This document shows, piece by piece, positions 59,938-64,000 of a DNA stretch of 64,000 nt. Source of the DNA: an uncultured Bifidobacteriaceae bacterium (lineage in GTDB: Bacteria; Actinomycetota; Acidimicrobiia; IMCC26256; PALSA-555); contig CAZHKE010000005.1 of the NCBI GenBank assembly GCA_964532485.1, forward strand, positions 9,359-73,358. The letters run 5' to 3'. Each line of letters starts with the position of its first letter. Position 1 is the stretch's first letter. The position numbers and the translations under genes were made by a program. The notes under the pieces are model-generated. The model worked only from the letters and a program-made list of their open reading frames with translations, made no database searches and had not been told where the DNA came from.

Positions 59938-60714
59938 TCACGCCCCGGCGTTGCGGGGGTCTGCCGCCTGGGTCCCTCCGGCACCACCGATGATGGGTTC
60001 GACTCCCGCGAGCTGGTAGCGGAAGAACTCGCCCGTGTCCCACTGGTCGGTGCCGTATCCCCAGCCGAGTGAGCCGGCGCAGGGGATGGTGAGGCCGTCG
60101 AAGGTTGCATGTGCGGTGACGTCGCCTCCGCAGGGGTGCCATCTGAATGTGCCGGTGTTGTCGGGGTCTCCCCAGCGGTCGAACAGGGTGGCGGTGACGC
60201 GGCCCGTCTCGTCGAGTGTGTGGTGCAGCTCGAGCGGTGTGTCGTCGATCGTGCAGCGGGCGGTGATGTGGGTGTCGTCGGTGGCGCTCCAGTCGACTCC
60301 GTTGTCGGGGAGGAGGGCGGTGGGGAGCCAGAGGGCTTCGGCACCGGCGCGTGCGGCTCCGCTACGTGAGATGTCGGCGCCGTCGGCTCGCATGACCGGG
60401 ATGAGGCCGAGGACCTTCCAGCGCATGGAGCCTTGACCGTCGACGTAGCGGTCGGAGCCGGTGATGATCCCGGCGGCTCGGGCGCGCCAGATGAACCCGC
60501 GCGTGGGTGTGAGGAGCTCGTGGGCGCGGAAGGGGACCCAGCGGCCGATGCGGATCGAACCGCGCATGTCCAGGCGCGCCGATCGCCACAGGGGGGAGCC
60601 GGGTGCGATGGCGGCGGTGAAGTAGCGGCGGACGGGCTCCGGGAGACCCGCGAGGTCGATGGGGTCGAAGACCCCGGGCCGGGGCGGCAGGACGATGTCG
60701 CGCTCGTCGTTCAT
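59938..60714 (-). CDS. hypothetical protein
   Basis: 258-aa ORF with non-repetitive, balanced composition (Trp/Asp/Gly-rich, beta-looking). Divergent from the GT2 gene. No family recognised with confidence. Confidence 0.6.
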   Translation of the reverse strand: MNDERDIVLPPRPGVFDPIDLAGLPEPVRRYFTAAIAPGSPLWRSARLDMRGSIRIGRWVPFRAHELLTPTRGFIWRARAAGIITGSDRYVDGQGSMRWKVLGLIPVMRADGADISRSGAARAGAEALWLPTALLPDNGVDWSATDDTHITARCTIDDTPLELHHTLDETGRVTATLFDRWGDPDNTGTFRWHPCGGDVTAHATFDGLTIPCAGSLGWGYGTDQWDTGEFFRYQLAGVEPIIGGAGGTQAADPRNAGA

Positions 60715-60830
60715 CTCATGGCGCTCGTCGGCGTGGTGGAGTCAGGGCGTCGTGGCGGTCCGGGTGAGCACCGGTTCGATCGGGCGTGCTTCCAGAACGG
60801 AATGGCTTCAGCCGTGCGTCGAATCGGTCG

Positions 60831-62468
60831 ATGCAGGACCGTGGGGAGGCTTCGCGACGTAGGAGAGCGTCGAGCACGTCGGTGAGACGGTTCTGGTCGA
60901 AGCGCCGCCGTCGGGCGGTGGGGGCCGCGTTCGGCCCGGCGGTCGTCCGGCACACGCGTCAGCTCACTCTGGATGGTCGCACCGGGCCGGGCTATGTCGC
61001 TCGGTCCGAGGATGTGGGCCCGGGCCGTATCGTCGTCTTGGTCGCGGCCCATGACGAAGAGCGGTACATCGGCGAGGCCCTCCAGTCTCTGGCGGCTCAG
61101 ACCAGGATCGCCGAAGAGGTGATCGTCGTGGTCGACCGGTGCGTCGATCGGACGAGCGAGATCGCCACGGCTCACGGCGTTGCCGTCATCGAGACGATCA
61201 ACAACGCCGACGAGAAGGCGGGGGCGCTCGACCAGGCGCTCGACCAGATCCTGCCGCGCCTGTCCGACAACGATGCCGTGTTGATGATGGACGCCGACAC
61301 GTCGCTGTCCCCCGGCTTCCTCGCGGCGGCGGCGGCGCGGCTGCGTGAGCCAGAAGCGCGCAAGCGTCGTGTCGGCGGCGTCGGAGCCGTCTTCTTCGGC
61401 TATCTCCCGGTGCAGGGTCTCATCGATCACCTCCAGAACAACGAGTACATCCGATACGCCCACGAGATCGCTCGCTGGAGGGGCCGCGCCTATGTCCTGA
61501 CCGGAACCGCGGCGTTGTTCTCCGTGCGGGCGCTGCGCGACGTCGAGCGGGCGCGCACGAACGGTGACATCCCGACCGGGCCCGGCATCTACGACGTCGC
61601 GGTGTTGACGGAGGACAACGAGCTGACGCTGGCGCTCAAGCACCTGGGCTACCAGTGCGTGTCGCCGAAGCTGTGTACGGTCGCCACCGAGCTCCCGTCG
61701 ACTCCCGCCCGCCTGTTCTACCAACGGCTGCGCTGGCAGCGCGGCGCGCTCGAGAACCTCAGGGCGTTCGGGCTGACACGGCACACGTTCCCGTACCTCT
61801 GGCGACAGCTCTTGACGTACCTGGGGGTGATGTTCGTCCCCTTCTTCTGGACCGTGTTCATCTACACCTGGTTGTCGACCGGGGCGATGACGTTCCCGAC
61901 GTTGTGGCTGGCCGTCGGCGGGTTCGTCATCCTCGAACGCACGTGGGCGGTCAAGCGAGGCGGCTGGCGATCCGTTGCGCTCTCCGCGCTGGTGCTGCCC
62001 GAGCTCGTCTACGACGTGTTCCTGCACGTCGTGTACGTCAAAGCCGCGGTCGACGCCGCCCGCGGCGCCCGCGGCGCCTGGGAGCAAGGCAAACCCGACG
62101 CCTCCGGGCGTCACGGTTGGCAGTATCGCGCGAGCACTGTCGCGTGGGTCGGCGTCTTGGGGGTCGCTCTCGCCTCGGTCGTCGGTCTCGCGTTTGCCTG
62201 CATCGCGGCCGGCGTGGCGTGGACGGTGATCGCCGTCCTCGTGCTCGCCGGCACGGCACAAGCCGCCCTGCGCCTCAGCGGGCTCAACCCGTTGGGCTTG
62301 GTCCGCGACAGTGGCGAGACCGCCAAGCGCAACACGCCAGCGGCATTCGAACCCCAGGCATTCGGAGGGTTGGACGTCTGGGGCGACCGCCCACCGATCG
62401 CATGGCACTCGACACCGCTCCCACTCCGATCACGGATCTCGTGGCGAAGGATCAAGGATCGCGTCTGA
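60831..62468 (+). CDS. glycosyltransferase family 2, processive synthase type, with C-terminal TM helices
   Basis: VLVAAHDEERYI, DxD-like MMDADT, TEDNELT, and QRLRWQRG (QxxRW), then 4-6 TM helices. Start is uncertain: ATG 60831 was chosen, and GTG 61014 or 60786 are alternatives. Confidence 0.75.
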   Translation: MQDRGEASRRRRASSTSVRRFWSKRRRRAVGAAFGPAVVRHTRQLTLDGRTGPGYVARSEDVGPGRIVVLVAAHDEERYIGEALQSLAAQTRIAEEVIVVVDRCVDRTSEIATAHGVAVIETINNADEKAGALDQALDQILPRLSDNDAVLMMDADTSLSPGFLAAAAARLREPEARKRRVGGVGAVFFGYLPVQGLIDHLQNNEYIRYAHEIARWRGRAYVLTGTAALFSVRALRDVERARTNGDIPTGPGIYDVAVLTEDNELTLALKHLGYQCVSPKLCTVATELPSTPARLFYQRLRWQRGALENLRAFGLTRHTFPYLWRQLLTYLGVMFVPFFWTVFIYTWLSTGAMTFPTLWLAVGGFVILERTWAVKRGGWRSVALSALVLPELVYDVFLHVVYVKAAVDAARGARGAWEQGKPDASGRHGWQYRASTVAWVGVLGVALASVVGLAFACIAAGVAWTVIAVLVLAGTAQAALRLSGLNPLGLVRDSGETAKRNTPAAFEPQAFGGLDVWGDRPPIAWHSTPLPLRSRISWRRIKDRV

Positions 62469-62897
62469 GCGAACGACGCCCGCCGTTCGTCAGCTGCACT
62501 TCGACCTGATCGCGCACAACCGCACCGTCCGCTCGCGCATCGTCGCTCCGATGGAGTCGACGCCGATCATCATGATGAACTGATCGATACGTATGCCGTC
62601 GACGATGATGACCGGCTGGGGCTGGACCGGCAATGCCAACGCCCCATCACGCGACTCGACGAACGCCATCGCGCCTCCCGAGGCGAGCAGGGATCGAGCG
62701 GCTGTGATCCCTCGCGCCATCGCTGGCCTGCAGATCCGGTGAGAGGGACGCGCGTCATCGCGCTGTCGCGCGTTGCCACTCGCATGTCCGCTCTTCGGCG
62801 ACGCCGCGCCGGATCGCGATGGCGCGCTCGTTCCGGGCAGTAGCGTCTCGAACCGCGGGCAGGGGTGAGCCTCGGTGCGCGGCATCAAAGGGGGGCG

Positions 62898-64000
62898 ATG
62901 AACGTTCGTGTTCGCGGGCTCATGCTCGCGGTGACGGCATGTGTGTGTTCCCTGGCGTTGATGGTCAGTGGTTCGAGCATTGGTGCTTCCGTAGGGAGCC
63001 CCAGCGTCGCGCCGGCGACTGGTGGTGACGGAGTGCCGGTGGTGCCCGGGTTCACGTCGTTCGATCCTGCTGTCGTCGGATACGAGCTGTCCGAGTTCGT
63101 ACTCTCGGGGACGGCGAGTGCGTACGAGCCGACTGCGCCGTTCGGCACCGACGGGAAGCACGCCGTTGCCGCGACGAGCACGGCGCCGTACACGACCCGC
63201 GCTGTCGTGATGCGACCGGTCGAGCCACGGCGCTTCAACGGAACCGTCGTCGTCGAGTGGTTGAACGTCAGCGGAGGCGCCGACGCGGGCCCGGACTGGA
63301 TGCTCGGACACAACGAGCTGATCCGTGAAGGCTTCGCGTGGGTCGGCGTCTCCGCGCAACGAGTGGGACTGGACGCGCTCAAGGGAGACGACCCGGCGCG
63401 CGGGGATGCAGTCCGCTACGCCAACCTGTCGCACCCGGGCGACAGCTACGCGGACGACATCTTCTCCCAGGCCGGGCAGGCGATCCGCGACGACGCGCGA
63501 ACGATGCTCGGCGGGCTGAGGCCCGAGCGCCTCATCGCGATCGGCGAGTCGCAGTCCGCGATCCGGCTGGTCGGCTACATCGACGCAGTCCATCCACTGG
63601 CCGATGTCTACGACGGCTTCCTCGTGCACAGCCGGGCGGGAGGCGCGCCCATCCGCGACGACCTCGATGTGCCGGTGCTCGTGCTCCAGACGGAGACCGA
63701 CGTCTCCTTCAGCAACCTGAACGCCCGGCAACCGGACACCGACATGTACCGGTTGTGGGAGGTCGCGGGCACCGCTCACTACGACCAGTACGGGCTCGCC
63801 ATCCAAGCCGAAGACACCGGTGACGGTCAGGGCGCCGTCGCGGTGCTCGAGTCGATGCAGGATCCCACCAGCCAGCCGAGCGAGGGCTTCGACTGCGGCG
63901 CGCCGATCAACACCGGGCCCGCGCACTTCGTGCTCGACGCGGCCATCTTCCAGGTCAACCGATGGGTGACCAAGGGCATCGAGCCGCCGGTCGCACCGCG
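62898..64000 (+). CDS. secreted hydrolase-like protein, 3' end beyond window (not in supplied ORF track)
   Basis: My own translation from ATG 62898 (AAAGGGGGG Shine-Dalgarno sequence) is open to the window edge: MNVRVRGLMLAVTACVCSLALMVSGSS... VVVEWLNVSGG ... IAIGESQSAIRL (GxSxS nucleophile-elbow-like) ... WEVAGTAHY. The long minus-strand ORF 62490..63926 is its antisense shadow. Confidence 0.7.
   Translation, partial: MNVRVRGLMLAVTACVCSLALMVSGSSIGASVGSPSVAPATGGDGVPVVPGFTSFDPAVVGYELSEFVLSGTASAYEPTAPFGTDGKHAVAATSTAPYTTRAVVMRPVEPRRFNGTVVVEWLNVSGGADAGPDWMLGHNELIREGFAWVGVSAQRVGLDALKGDDPARGDAVRYANLSHPGDSYADDIFSQAGQAIRDDARTMLGGLRPERLIAIGESQSAIRLVGYIDAVHPLADVYDGFLVHSRAGGAPIRDDLDVPVLVLQTETDVSFSNLNARQPDTDMYRLWEVAGTAHYDQYGLAIQAEDTGDGQGAVAVLESMQDPTSQPSEGFDCGAPINTGPAHFVLDAAIFQVNRWVTKGIEPPVAP

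Larger units (their letters stand above)
56997..64000. mobile_element. integrative island (integrase-proximal end inside the acyl-CoA dehydrogenase 3' end; distal end not identified)
   Basis: Abrupt codon-usage and GC change at about 56,997. A tyrosine integrase starts at 57150, followed by a TA module and accessory cargo with visibly lower GC3 than the preceding 57 kb. Confidence 0.6.

Noticed and set aside
62650-62659. 10-nt direct match (CGCGACTCGA) to 56982..56991 as a possible attR core
   Set aside because: The identity does not extend on either side. The downstream sequence does not encode the displaced ACAD C-terminus that a true attR would be expected to carry. A 10-mer match in GC-rich DNA is weak evidence.

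Overview
This is a very GC-rich, Actinomycetota-type chromosomal window. In the core genes, third codon positions are almost always G/C. I call about 60 protein-coding genes and see no rRNA, tRNA or CRISPR array.

Positions 1 to about 56,990 look like core genome. Lipid and acyl-CoA metabolism dominates:
- five crotonase-fold genes, two acyl-CoA dehydrogenases, a double hot-dog hydratase and a family III CoA-transferase
- an SCP2-type thiolase next to a Cys-less HMG-CoA-synthase-like/DUF35 fusion
- a PlsY-like gene, a DegV gene and an MMPL exporter

Envelope and secreted functions include two AT3-SGNH acyltransferase paralogs, an SGNH esterase, a polytopic membrane protein and several small secreted proteins. 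Other genes are two arylsulfatases plus CysQ, two P450s, three PLP enzymes, an omega-amidase-like C-N hydrolase, and an AlkB / DUF222-HNH pair sharing a perfect SOS box.

From about 56,997 the composition changes abruptly, inside the last 26 codons of an acyl-CoA dehydrogenase gene. A tyrosine integrase follows, then a Doc/RHH toxin-antitoxin pair, a VOC protein, a hypothetical protein, a processive-type GT2 synthase, and a secreted hydrolase-like ORF that runs off the window and is absent from the ORF track. I read this as an integrative island inserted into, and replacing, the 3' end of the dehydrogenase gene. Its right boundary was not found.

Other observations worth a second look:
- a small protein made of eight nonapeptide repeats, translationally coupled to an RDD membrane protein
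- a 147-bp gene-conversion tract between tandem crotonase paralogs
- a kinase-like gene coupled to a class III PLP enzyme
- several palindromes and direct repeats in promoter regions

Apart from the RHH antitoxin, no recognisable transcription factor gene is present in 64 kb. All family calls are by eye from motifs, since no searches were possible. Many long ORFs in the track are Arg/Pro/Ala-rich shadow frames and were rejected.
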